A stretch of 63,325 nucleotides of DNA, filler included, from Choristocarpus tenellus KU-1152 (Eukaryota > Protista > Phaeophyceae): assembly GCA_964200185.2 (NCBI GenBank). It is 12 parts of 12 records of this genome, joined end to end, with 100 filler letters (N's around TTAATTAATTAA, not from the genome) between each part and the next. Parts side by side here need not be neighbours in the genome. Positions count along the whole stretch, not along the records: positions 51,234 to 57,513 come from CAXNAD020008494.1; positions 57,614 to 60,488 come from CAXNAD020024012.1; positions 60,589 to 63,325 come from CAXNAD020025186.1; 9 more parts are not named here. One strand, given 5' to 3'. The position numbers and the translations under genes are program-made. Positions within the stretch are counted from its first letter, which is position 1, and every line of letters begins with the position of its first letter. Below are positions 51,961 to 63,325 of the stretch, in pieces. A model generated the notes under the pieces. It made no database searches, was not told where the DNA came from, and saw only the letters and a program-made list of their open reading frames with translations.

Positions 51961-54900
51961 TTGTCCACAACACTGGACCTCACCTACAAACAACTCAAAA
52001 ACGCCATGATCTTCTCTTCATACATGTCAAGGAAGGTAACGGGGGCAACGAGTAGAAGCTCAGGGGCTATGGCGCTCCACATGAGTACAAGGACACCGAC
52101 AGGGAGACAAGAGTCCGGAAGCGGCCTCGGTGCCAACCAATGAGCTTTTTGTCTTGAATTCAACCACAAAATTCAACCACAGGTGGAAGGAGTGCCAATT
52201 ATACATGGGGTCGACAAACCTTCGGCTAAGCGCCCTTCACGGACTTGGGGCAGCGCGCAAGTTCCCACTGTGCAAAATAGGATAATAGTGAGGTGTACCT
52301 TATTTTGTGTGTATGAGATTATTCTGTGGAAATTAAATCCATGTGATGTAACAAATGAGATAATACATCCGGATTGTATATAGAATTATGTATGGGTATT
52401 CATTCCTTTTCAATACTTTGAAATTGGTAGCGAAACAAAAATAATATTAAACAATGAGAAGACACCCCACAAAGGTCACACTTCTAATCTCAACCATGTA
52501 ATAATGTTCAGCGAACGGGGAACCGTGTGGGGCTTCACACCTTCATGTCATCACTACTGACAAATAGCATTACCTTCCAAGGTAAATTGCACAGGTTATG
52601 ACACAGGTTATGGGCCTGAGTAGTATGGGGACTGTAGAAACTTGCTGTCTGGATGGGGGCCACAGGAAGGTCATTGGAGACCTGGTAGACTTGGAGACTG
52701 TCATTGATTGCCTGCGCTGGCGAAAGGGTTTGTACGAGATTACGACGAGGGACTACGAGATTCCTGAAGCACTCACCACCATCTCAGGAGAGGCAGTGCT
52801 TACGGCACATGCCGCACACATGAAGAATTAGAAAGAGTCAACAAAGGACGCACGGAGGACGAGATCCCCATGCAGCTCAACGGAAGACGCGCGGAGGACT
52901 AGATTCCCGTGCAGCTCAACAGAGGACGTGCGGAGGACGAGATACAATACCCGATATAAGCTACAGGAAGTTGAAACGGGCAATAGTATCATAATCGTCA
53001 TCCCAACAAAGTGAACCTGCACCTTCGACATAAATGGGAAGCCGGAGGCTAAGGAGACATGGCATATGGTACGATTGATAACGAGCAAGAACTGGAAGTC
53101 AAGGAGGATGCTTTAGGTACCTGGTAAGCCATGCCGAATATTGAGCAGTGGGACCCTGGGACAAGATGGATTTAATCGAGGCAATGCAGCCGGAGCTGCA
53201 ATCCTGAGTCTGAGCCTGAGCCTGAGCCACAAGATTCTGCCTATGGACCTGGAGCAGTCGTCACAACACCTGTCCCTGAGGGGGGCATGTCCATCGATTG
53301 GAGACCCCAAGATTCTTGCTTACGGAATGAGAAAAGCAATTGCTGTACCTGCCACTAAGGGAGCAGGACATTAGCAGGAGCAATAACTAAGCCTCCACTA
53401 GAAGGGAAAGAAGAAGCTAACCGCGGGGAGCCTGGGAGCACTCTATCTAGCTGCTGGGACCATAAACTCATGGAATAGAACCCAGAAGGTCAGCGGAGGA
53501 GATGGCCAAGGTACAACTGGTCAACGTATAGACCATATCACAAGAGGATTTCCTGCCTGAGACGAGATCAGGACCAGAAGATGTTTAAACTGTGGACTGA
53601 TCAAGCATAGGTCCTTTGTTCTTTCGGAGGAATATACTACAAATGTGGAGATAAAGGAGACCTTCAGATCGTTTGTCGCCAGAGGAGAGCGACACCGTCT
53701 AACAGGCGGAGAAATTAGCTGGACATACTTCAAAGGGCTCACGACTTGGTATGGAGACAATCGAGGTGCAATTCTAGCAGAGATAAACATGGGATAATTT
53801 CAATGGACGGACAAGGCATGTCACATCAAACTAGAATGCACCAGAAAGGTTGTCAGCAAAGGGCTGCCTGTACAAGACTTTTTAGTCTGGGGAGTAAATA
53901 ATATCTACTCCAGACCATCAAGAACCATCTTCTATATCAGAAGCACCCTGGCAAGGAATGTTGTCAGCAAAGGGCTGCCTGCACAAGACTTTTTAGTCTG
54001 GGGAGTAAATAATATCTACTCCAGACCATCAAGAACTATCTTGTATCTCAGAGGCACACACGAGAATAGCAAGCGGCAATGGAAAAGATGGAGCAACAAT
54101 GGATGAAAGGAACATTCATAGAGGGAGAAGTTGTGACGTGGGGAAGAAATCCTGTCAAGGCTAATTTTGAATTTAAGATAAAGCCAACAGCTGAGGGGAC
54201 CCCTGAACAGTTCAAGGCCAGGTTGGTGGCACAGGACTTCACTCAACGAGATGATGTGCAAGACATTCAATTATGATAGGCTTCAATTCAAGCCTGGGGG
54301 AGTGAGTGCTACGTCAAAAAAAGAAACAGAAAAAGGGGGTTGGTTCAAATTTTTAATCATGCACTGAGGGATCATCATGGGATACGATTGTACATCACAG
54401 TGTTGGTACATCTAAAGAAGCAGGTACAAGACTTCGTAGACAATGAGTTCAAGTCATCAGTGTTCTTTTACTGCATTGACAAGATAAATGTCATGTGTGT
54501 GAGAGATGAACCAATCTAACGTCTTTTCCTTCCACTCTCATGGGGAAGTGTGCAGAATGGGGAGTGTGCACAATAACATGTTTCAGGTTTGAGAGTTCCA
54601 GCAACTCTTCCATTGCCTGCACTCTCATGGGAGAGTGTGCAAAATAGGACAATAGTGAGGGGTACCTTATTTTCTGTATGAGATTATTCTGTTCAAATTA
54701 ACTCCATGTGATGTAACTAATGAGATAGTAAATCCGGATTATATATGAAATTATATATTTATGTATTCATTCCTTTTCACTACTTTGAAATGGTAGCGAA
54801 ACAAAAAAAATAATGAAAAATGAGAAGACACCCACAAAGGTCACTCTTCTAATCTCAACAAGGTACTCACGTTCAGCGAATAGGGAACCGTGTGAGGCTT

Positions 54901-55470
54901 CACACCTTCTTGTCTTCACTACTGACAAATAGCATTACCTCACAAGGTCAATTACACACCCACCGGCTAGGGACCAGAACAGCGGGAGCAGAGGCGGCGG
55001 CAAGGCTGATCGCCAGGGCTCATCGCGGGCGTTCCTGGTCATGAACGTGTTGGTTGGACAGGACGTGTACAACAAGATGGTCGAGGCGGTGCTCCTGTCC
55101 TCATCCAAGACCATCAGCCTCCTGTGCGACTCGGGTGCAAACGTGCACCTCACTCCACAACCGCAGGACCTCACGGCAGCAACAGCAGTCACCCACACCT
55201 GATCCTATGGAAACAAAGGTACACTGGATGCATGAGCAACCGGCGAAATAAATGGTCCTGGAGGCCACTGACGAGAGACGGGCACGCTGACCACAATTAT
55301 GCTCCAGAATGTGCTCTGGCAGCCGGGTCTGCCATGCAATGCAGGCTATTAATTAAGCACAGGCAGCGTGCGGCCCAAGGGAGGGGAATTCGTGGACTCA
55401 GCTATCAGGAGAAGCTACTATATCCAGCCCAACACGGGGGCAGCCAAGATCGTTCTGGAGGAGAAGAATA
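51961..55470 (+). mobile_element. Ty1/copia gag-knuckle and protease relic, copy 2 (51961-52268 plus 54959-55470), split by the LTR element at 52269-54958
   Basis: Once the insertion is removed it is collinear with the reverse complement of 51234-51960, including LLCDSGANVHLTP...MLQNVLWQPGLPC. Confidence 0.8.
52269..54958 (+). mobile_element. Internally deleted Ty1/copia LTR retrotransposon with both LTRs and a 5-bp TSD CCCAC
   Basis: The 5' LTR is 52269-52593 and the 3' LTR 54636-54958, both TG...CA. The TSD CCCAC is at 52264-52268 and 54959-54963. PBS GGTTATGGGCC is at 52606-52616, and PPT ATGGGAGAG precedes the 3' LTR. Internal remnants are gag, RNase H (YGDNRGAI, about 53750) and the RT start (GRNPVKANFEFKIK...FKARLVAQDFTQ, 54080-54260). 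Confidence 0.93.
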
Positions 55471-55483
55471 TGCGCAAAAGAGC

Positions 55484-56573
55484 TGTTCAAATAGAGTTTT
55501 GCTTTATGTGGTATGAATGAATTTACTAGCGGAGTGAGCACCATCCCTCGAGGTGGGGGGTTGTTCTTCCTCGTTATCTATTGCACACGGTCAACAGACA
55601 CGTCAGAACGTGTCTGTGTCAGTCGCACTATGTCACTCGTTCTGCGTTAGTCGTAGCAGCGTCAGTCGTCCTGCTTCAGCTACTAACATCAAGCAGAAAT
55701 AAAAAATCCAACCCATCGAGATTCGAACCTGTTAATCTAACGTACCAAAACAAGCAATTGAGAGATAATCCACTCAGTGAAACCTTCTGTTACATGCTAC
55801 TTGTTACCAAACACATAAGAAACCTATAGACTACCAGCCTATATTGCACACTCCCCCATGAGCGTGCAGGAAAGTTGTTAACACAAGCTCATTCCGGACG
55901 TGAAAGCTCCGAATACACAAAATCAGAAGTAAGCTCTTGCACAAGGATTTGGTCAAAATTTCAACCAGTTGTTTTCATGTTGGAACGAATCCAACGTGGA
56001 ACAGACCCTGATCAAAGTATTCTCTGGTGAACTTGAGCTTCATGTCCACAGGCTTGGTTCTCCCGTTGAAACCTGTGATGATGTCAGCCTGGATAGCACC
56101 ACGGTTGTCACAGAGTCAGGAAGTCTGATCCTTTAGTACGCCGATCTCCCCCAAAATGTCTCGAAGGAAAATGCAATGGCGCATGCCGTATGTCACTGTC
56201 GTTCACTCTGCCTCCGAGCTGGAGAGGTTTACGGCGCCTTGAAGCTTGGAGCACCAGGCAATCGGCAACCCATTGAACAATAGTAGGCAACCTGTGACGC
56301 TCCTGCGTGTTTGTGAGTTGATGCCCCAGTCGGAATCCCCATACCCCACCAAGAGCTCTCCGTCCACTCCATTCATATCTTTACAGCCCCAACCATATTA
56401 AATGCAGACGTCCGGTGTCCCTGGTATGTAGCGCAGAACGAATTGCAGTCCACACCAGTGCCACATGTATGGAGACGACAATATGCGCCCCAGTTCAAGA
56501 ACACTGTTGGCCAGGTCAGGGCGAGTCATGCCTGCTAAAAAATTGAATTGGCCAAGGATGCTGACATAGGGGT
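55484..56573 (-). mobile_element. Ty1/copia 3' portion: RT-RNase H relic (about 55900-56570), PPT and 3' LTR (about 55484-55850)
   Basis: The minus strand reads PYVSILG...TRPDLA...VLRYIPGT...GYGDSDWG...RRSVTG...PIAWCSKLQ...SSSEAE...CDNRGAI...RTKPVDMK...ILTKSL. PPT CATGGGGGAG abuts the LTR start TGTGCAATATAG at 55850, and the LTR probably ends ...CTATTTGAACA at 55484. Confidence 0.9.
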
Positions 56574-56880
56574 TGTGGAATATAGACTGGCAGTCTATAG
56601 ATTCTTATCTGTTCGGTTACCCAGAAACACGGAACAGGTTGACAGAGTGAAGTAAATAAAATTAGTTTTTTTCCGTACGCTTAGAGTAACAGGTTCGAAT
56701 CTCGATGGGTTGATTTTTTATTATTGCTTGATATAAGTAGCTGATGCAAAATGACTGACGCAGCTACCACTGACGCAGGACCACTGACGTAGCAACGACT
56801 CATGCAGAATGAGTGACATAGCTCAACTAACAAAGACGTGTTCTGACGTATCCACTGACATGCGAATCTGAAGATAACCC
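56574..56880 (+). mobile_element. Second, oppositely oriented copy of the same LTR family, abutting the RT relic
   Basis: It starts TGTGGAATATAGACTGGCAGTCTATAG and aligns over about 290 bp with the reverse complement of 55580-55850. The 3' end was not resolved. Confidence 0.85.
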
Positions 56881-58020
56881 CACAGAATGAAATTAGGTTG
56901 ACAATCTCAGCTTTCAGAAAAGGTGGGATGTTAAAAGTATTTGTAGAATCCCAAATCTTGTTATTGAAATATGTAGGTTAATTCCCTCACAGTTATGTTA
57001 TAGTAGGTAGAAAGTTGGAGTGAGAAACATCATCCAAATGGGGGGGGGGGGGGGGGGTCCTTGTCACCAAATCATTCNNNNNNNNNNTTCAGTAGATGTA
57101 TTATAAAGGAATAAGAGCAGTAGCATAAATATAAATAGGGACTTGGGGTGGGGGGGGTGTGGGTGTCCTTGTCACCAAATCATTCATATTCTATGGATCA
57201 GTAATCACTAATCACAGATCACTTCCAACAATGCTTCCTATTCCTGAACTCTTCAATATTCTAGTTCTTAAACTCAAACACATCTCCTATCCTTGAGAAC
57301 ACAAACATTGTCTCATCATCCTTGGTTTGTTTCTTCCCCAGAATCTTCTTTCACACATGAATAAAAAGCACATTATTTATATGGGGGTCGAGGGTCATCA
57401 GGTACAAACTCGATGTGTTTCAAGCTGTCAAAATAGGGGTCTTTTGGGTTGATTTTGAGTCCAGAACTGGGCACGTCAAGGGTCAGAACGTCAGCATGGC
57501 AACCCCCCCGATGNNNNNNNNNNNNNNNNNNNNNNNNNNNNNNNNNNNNNNNNNNNNTTAATTAATTAANNNNNNNNNNNNNNNNNNNNNNNNNNNNNNN
57601 NNNNNNNNNNNNNCATTTTTTTTTTTTTTCCCCTTCTGTTTTCCAATCCACTCTTTTTTTTTGGGGGGGGGGGGGGTGCTTGCTTGCAGAAAGGTATCCC
57701 CAAACCCTCTGATTCAATGCGGTGCACCAGACTTTCACTGCAAAAATGACAGGCACCCAACAATGATGTGCTTTTTTGTCATCGGTAGAAAGAATGTTTT
57801 GATAGATAGACAGAGAGTAAACAAATCCAAACACTAAGGTGGAGTTGGGAGCAGCATTGTGTTCTGCTGAGCGCCTATAGTTTTAGTTGTAGCCCCCTTT
57901 GTTCTACATGCATGGTGGCAGCTCTTCCTGTGCTCTCACTCGTTTCAGAGAAGGAATTCAACACCACCATCTTGGTCCTCCATCGTCCCCCCTTGCTTCT
58001 CTTTGGGATACTACGCAAAG

Positions 58021-60185
58021 GTACAATTCTGAGGTTGGAGAGCTGGAGGCGACCATGGAGAAGCTATCCACTGAGAGGGATAACATGCTCGGCATCCTCG
58101 AGGGACTCGACCAGAGGAGGTCCAGGGAGAAGGAGGTATGTATTGAAGCACAAGCTTTGGTTATATGCTGCTGCAGGGAGAATAAAATTAGAATGTGTGG
58201 GTGATAAGAAATAGTACTGTAAATGGAAATCGCCTTCATGGCACGGTCTGCAAATGGTTACAGCAGAAAAGCTGATTGCATCAATGACCATTATTTTCTT
58301 TTGGGGGGGGCGACATACCTTTTAGAGGGAGGTGTCATTGACTATTTGGGGTCCTTGTGAATGCCTCCTGGTGCATGTGCCTCGAGCACCTTTTGGGATG
58401 ACTTCATGCTAATATGGATGAACATTGGCCTTACCTTCTACAGCCCCAGCTCCTAAGGGAGGTCAGCAGCATTTGAGGCCCTCAATGGGGTGTCAGAAAG
58501 ATGGTTCTAAGAGCCGAAAATACCTAAGGAGGCCTTAATTGACCCCCCTCTAAGATAGGATGACTTTCGAAAATTCAATCGCAGGATTGAGACAGAGATG
58601 GCTGTGTCCATGTCAACTTTCTCAAGAGTTTATGGTCAAAGGGGATAACCCCCCCCCCACAAGTCAGTCTTCAGAAAGGACACTAAGGGTATGTAGTTGT
58701 GAAGTGCAGAAATTTGTTTTTCACTATCCCTCAAAAAAGTTGCATCTGTAGCAAGCAGGCACACAAACAAGTCTCCGAAATGTAGTGTGATACCGATTTT
58801 TCCCAAAATTTTTGTAGATTGCCACTGAATAGCTAGAATGGAAGCGGCAAGTACACACACCATCATAAACACACACAACAACAACCAGAATTCATCCTTA
58901 GTTGTTTAGCAGTGAAGTGGAGTATCTCTTAGGTGCCTGCGAATGACAGAGAGTGCCTCAAGAATGGTTTGTTGAAGTCGATGATAAGGCTGCCTAGTGG
59001 GGTGACTTATTGGGTGGGTAGTAGTCACCTGTGTTGGTTCTGCTTGTACATGTATGTGTGCCTTAGAGGAATGCCTACAAGCTCTGATCTTCTGTGCTAA
59101 CTGTTCATTCCCACACTCCATGCTCAAGGCAATCACAAGTATCCATACAGTTCTGTTCCAGAGACAGGTACAATACCCTATCTCGCTCAAAACAAAACAA
59201 ATAAACTAAGGTTTAGGGTTGGTGATTGCCGCTGCAAAATTGATGTCGATTTTCGGGATAGTATGGTAGTGCATGAGAAATGCCTTGGTTTTCCAGAGGT
59301 TTATCCTAGGCGTTATACTCTCCTGAAGAAAAACCGCAACATCCTTTCTCCTGCTGTTAGAAAATGTGATAAACATGCAAAATAGCACTATATAGCACTC
59401 TTTTTAGTTGTTCATGAGAAGTAGAGCTGTATCGGTCTTGGCCTACACCTCCCTTGCTCCCTCCTTGCCTTGGAGGTCCATGCATTGAATTGTTTCTCTC
59501 TTCTATCCACAGTCAAGAAACCTACCTGCGTTAAATCCAAGATGCATATCATCTTGAAAAAAATGCAAATGACAACGGTAGCTTTTGGTCACCAAGCACC
59601 TTGCATCAAGAAGGTAGAACAATGATACTGTACTTCGCAGAAAGAGGTATATGAGCCAAAGTATCTTAGAGGGCAGAGCCGCATCTATTTTGGGGACCAA
59701 AATCCAATGTTGTGATTTTGATGTAATCTTGGCTATTGTGTTCCTTAAGAGAAGTCAATATCCTTGTTCTGGACACACCTTTTCATAAAGTATACACTTT
59801 ACCTACACAGAAATGGTTTTGGAGTAGGTAAAATGTCCTAAAAAATGGTGGGAAGTCAAAAGCCCCAAATGGACAAACAGGGCAAAACTCGTACCCTAAC
59901 CCTAACATACTTTCACTCATATATGTATATATATATATACACCTTGAAGCATGCACCATTCCCGGACGGTTCCCAAAACAGGTGGAGCAGGAGAGGGAAG
60001 ATCGCAAGAGGCGTGCAGTTGAGGAAGAGACAGCGAGGGCAAAGTTGGAGGCAAAGGAGTACGCAGCCGCCTTGCAGATCCAAAATGTCCTCAAGGCCTA
60101 CGTGGCTCAGCAGGCAGAAATCCGGGAGAGTAAGAAGAGCAAGAAAGGTGGAGGGAAAAAGGGGAAGAAGGGGAAAAAGAAGTGA
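58021..60185 (+). CDS. IQ-motif coiled-coil flagellar protein, IQCG/IQCD (DRC9/DRC10)-like; last two exons
   Basis: Exons 58021-58135 (YNSEVGELEATMEKLSTERDNMLGILEGLDQRRSREKE) and 59982-60185 (VEQEREDRK...YAAALQIQNVLKAYVAQQ...KKGGGKKGKKGKKK*) give coiled coil, a degenerate IQ motif and a Lys/Gly tail, as in DRC9 and DRC10. Confidence 0.72.
59653..59897. mobile_element. Sola2-like MITE in an intron, with its right TIR replaced by telomeric repeat
   Basis: It starts gagccaaagtatcttagaggg and is an inverted homolog of 27015-27273. It ends ...aaaactcgtaccct, then aaccctaac. Confidence 0.8.
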
Positions 60186-61032
60186 AACAGCAGGAGAAAA
60201 CCATAATGCACTAGTCAGTCGTACTCTATACCCCAGAGCTGATGCAGACAGGATGAGGACACTGAGAAGTCCTGATTGAGACCTAGTGTTTGTGAGTATT
60301 CTCTCATAGTTGAGTCAAGCGGCAAGGCAAAGTGTGTGAGTATTTGCACGTTGCCTAAAGGAACTCGTATGTATTTGGGTACTAAGAAGGGCTCAAAGTA
60401 TTTAGGGAGGGGGGGGGGGGGGGGGGGGGGGGGGGCCCAAGGGGATATATTTTTTTTTGATAAGAGTTTTTGGAGAGGGGGAAAGGGGNNNNNNNNNNNN
60501 NNNNNNNNNNNNNNNNNNNNNNNNNNNNNNNNTTAATTAATTAANNNNNNNNNNNNNNNNNNNNNNNNNNNNNNNNNNNNNNNNNNNNTTTTTTTTTTTT
60601 TTTTTTTTGTTTTTTTTTTTCGTTTTTCTGCTGTTGTCTTGTTGGGCGGGGGGGGGGGGGGGGGGGAGGGGATTTGAGGTTTTTTTATTCTCAGACACAT
60701 GATAAGGCTCTATTGAGTTCTGGTTGTGGATCCTCAGCTCCCCCTTCTCATCTCACATCATGTTCCCATGTATGCTGGTTAATAATTCAAATAATGAGAA
60801 CATATGTTCATAAAAAAATAGAAACACACTTACGTCTTACTTATGTTAATAAAAAAATGAAAAGGAGAGAAGAGTTGGGGGAAGGGGGAAGGGGGAAGGG
60901 GGAAGGGGTACATCACACAAAAAAGAAGAAAAAAGTAAAAATATATATATATTTTAATATGTATGTATTTTCAGGCATCTTTCTTATCCCCTAACCCTAA
61001 GCAAAGTTGTTTCTACAAATGCGAAAGCGAAC

Positions 61033-61370
61033 CTTGAACTTGTCCAGCATGATTTGAATGAGGCGCTGCTCTTCCTTCTTGTCCTCCTCCCTCTGCTCCC
61101 GTCTCTGCCTCAGCTGGTCTTCATTCGCCTCCATCATGGCAACCTTGACCTCTGCCACCTGTACATACATGTGGCCAATTGTCCATTCCAGGCAGGATTT
61201 AGACAAGAAAAGGAAGGCGATGGTGGGTGGGAAATGTGGGCTGGGGGGGGGGGGGGGGGGGGGGGCGGCAGGGGCGCAAATGTTTTGGCGTGTGCGGTGT
61301 TTTTTTTAACACACTCTGCCCCNNNNNNNNNNGGTGGCATATGTTCGGCAAGGAGGAAAAAAAAAAAAAA

Positions 61371-61423
<53 letters not shown>

Positions 61424-61998
61424 CTGAGCTTCAAGGGCCTAACTGATTTCTAGTGTCTCGTGTTTTTTTTAAAGCACTCAGCCCTCAGCTGTAGAGTGTG
61501 CACCCCTTCAACCTCCTGTTGCTACATTTAATTTCCAGAAGAAAGTCACCCTAACCCTAACCCTAACCCCAACCCTAACCCCAACCCCAACCCTCCTTGA
61601 GAACATCTTCACCTTCTCAGAAAAAAAAACTGAAAAAAATCCAAGAAAAAAAAAAAACTTTAAAATTCAAACGGTCAAAACACACAGACACAGACACACA
61701 CGCACGCGCGCGCGCACACACACACGCCTTCCCTGTCCATCGCTTCAAAAATAAATAAATAAATAATCCTTGCCAGGCATTCGTTCGCCGCCACCACCAC
61801 CGCTACTGCATGCAACAGAGTCCAACCTCCTAGGTCTTCGAGCACACTTGGGCCGGACCCGGTCTATTTTGTTTCTATCAAGAGGCAGACATCGCCGAGG
61901 GCCAATCTAACGCCCTTTCCTTGGCCCTCACCTTCCTCTTCTTTTCCTGGTCATCCTGCATTCGCTTTGCCTCCAACTCCTCTTCCCATAGCATGTCC
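61033..61998 (-). CDS. MNS1: MNS1-like (trichohyalin-plectin-homology) axonemal coiled-coil protein; two internal exons
   Basis: Exons 61932-61998 (DMLWEEELEAKRMQDDQEKKRK) and 61033-61158 (VAEVKVAMMEANEDQLRQRREQREEDKKEEQRLIQIMLDKFK) follow the MNS1 pattern RxELYxEE...EMxxxxExQxxxK...EEExFRxxMLxKF. The junction is GT-AG, phase 0. Confidence 0.72.
61548..61593. repeat. Interstitial telomeric repeat (CCCTAA/CCCCAA)n in the MNS1-like intron
   Basis: Directly visible in the sequence. Confidence 0.9.
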
Positions 61999-62549
61999 CT
62001 TCGTAGTTGATAGTGACATTGGAGGCGTATCGATGGGGGGGGGGGGGGGGGGTGGTTAAGGGGCGGGGGGTGCTAAAAAAAAATATATATATATTATATT
62101 ATATTATATTAAATTATATTAAATTTAATTATATCATATTATATTATTTTACATTATATTAAATCTTATTATATTAAATTTTATTATTTTACATTATATT
62201 ATATTATATTACATGACAATTGTCATGCACAAAATACATGTGTCTATAATATAGAGTGGAAGTAAATCTTGAGTGTGGTGGAAGAGGTTGGACAAAATAG
62301 GATATAGGGGCTAAGGTATAGGTGAGGAGGGGAGGGGAGGGGGATAAGGGATAAGTGCAAGCATGCATTAATCAGCAGTAAAGTGATGCGTGGAATCTCT
62401 CACTAGAAGACAGAAATACCCTGTAACAGTACCCAACATCTCCATCACCATACTTCACACACACTCTTAGGCACACATAAATGCCACACACGCATGCACA
62501 TATACATGCACATACAAAAAATAAAAATTGTGAACAGACGCATCGACAG

Positions 62550-62605
62550 AAAAGACAAGACAAGACAGACAAGACAAGACAAGACAGACAAGACAAGACA
62601 AGACA
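62550..62605. repeat. (GACAA)n microsatellite
   Basis: Directly visible in the sequence. Confidence 0.9.
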
Positions 62606-62820
62606 TAAACGACTATTACATCTCCCCATATGGAGGTACAACTATATCCCTAACCCTAACCTTTATCGGGAAATGAACGAAAGATATCTTTTCGATTTCA
62701 CAGCTCTAACCCCACTGTTTTAGACTCTATCAACATCCCCGCAGGCACCACCAACAATACAAATATAGTATTGTAGTATGAACAGTATGAGCTATACAGT
62801 ATAGTTTTAATAGCATGATC

Positions 62821-63175
62821 GGTATCAAAAATACAGTACATCAATAAAAAGTATCAAAAATACAGTACCTCATTACAGTATCAAAAATACAGTACATCAT
62901 TACAGTATCAACAATACAGCACATCATTACAGCATCAAAAATACAGCACACCATTACAGCATCAACAATACAGTACATCATTACAGTATCAACAATACAG
63001 TACATCATTGCAGTATCAAAAATACAGCACATCATTACAGTATCAAAAATACAGTACATCATTACAGCATCAAAAATACAGCACATCATTACAGCATCAA
63101 CAATACAGTACAGCATTACAGCATCAAAAATACAGCACATCATTACAGCATCAACAACACAGTACATCATTACAA
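62821..63175. repeat. 27-bp minisatellite, about 13 copies
   Basis: The unit is CAG(T/C)ATCAA(A/C)AATACAG(T/C)ACATCATTA, giving 9-aa periodic ORFs on both strands. Confidence 0.95.
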
Positions 63176-63325
63176 TGTCTCTTGCGCTGCTACTGCTTGA
63201 GACCCTTCCTTCCACCCAAGGAGAAAAAAGCCGCACCCCTTCAAAAAACACCAAAGAGAGATGTCATGCATCATGTGTGTTGCTAGCAGGGGGGGGGGGG
63301 TGGGCGGCGTGAAGATAGCCGTAGT

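Noticed and set aside
58021-61998. Apparent cluster of two flagellar genes (IQ/DRC-like and MNS1-like)
   Set aside because: A linker at 60489-60588 separates them, so they are on different contigs.
62821-63175. 27-bp repeat array as a possible CRISPR array or repeat protein
   Set aside because: The units are head-to-tail with no unique spacers and no cas genes. The 9-aa ORFs follow simply from a unit length divisible by 3.

Overview
This is eukaryotic nuclear DNA and not one locus. It is 12 short contigs joined by artificial 100-nt linkers (N44-TTAATTAATTAA-N44). The intron-rich genes, flagellar proteins, fused HisHF and TTAGGG-type repeats suggest a stramenopile such as a brown alga or relative (inference). 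Genes: a complete 9-exon cathepsin D/pepsin-family aspartic protease (3804-8531, +, 394 aa), tRNA-Ala(CGC), the 3' five exons of bifunctional HisHF (41828-46868, -), two MNS1-like exons, the last two exons of an IQCG/IQCD-like dynein-regulatory-complex protein, an ankyrin exon and a hypothetical multi-exon gene. The rest is repeat-rich: MITEs with GAG(C/T)CAAAG termini and 4-bp TSDs (Sola2-like), mariner relics, an RLE-type LINE 3' end, a nested Ty1/copia cluster (51234-56880), minisatellites and many short interstitial telomeric repeats. The most interesting signals are (1) a Copia LTR family carrying a tRNA-like Pol III cassette that is the best-conserved part of two diverged LTR copies, (2) a frameshifted phage-type amino-DNA-methyltransferase relic with an SPPY motif, (3) a HisF exon whose catalytic Asp reads as Asn, and (4) strand-biased intronic telomeric repeats. 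No intact novel multi-gene system is visible. All family calls are by-eye motif recognition, with no database searches run.
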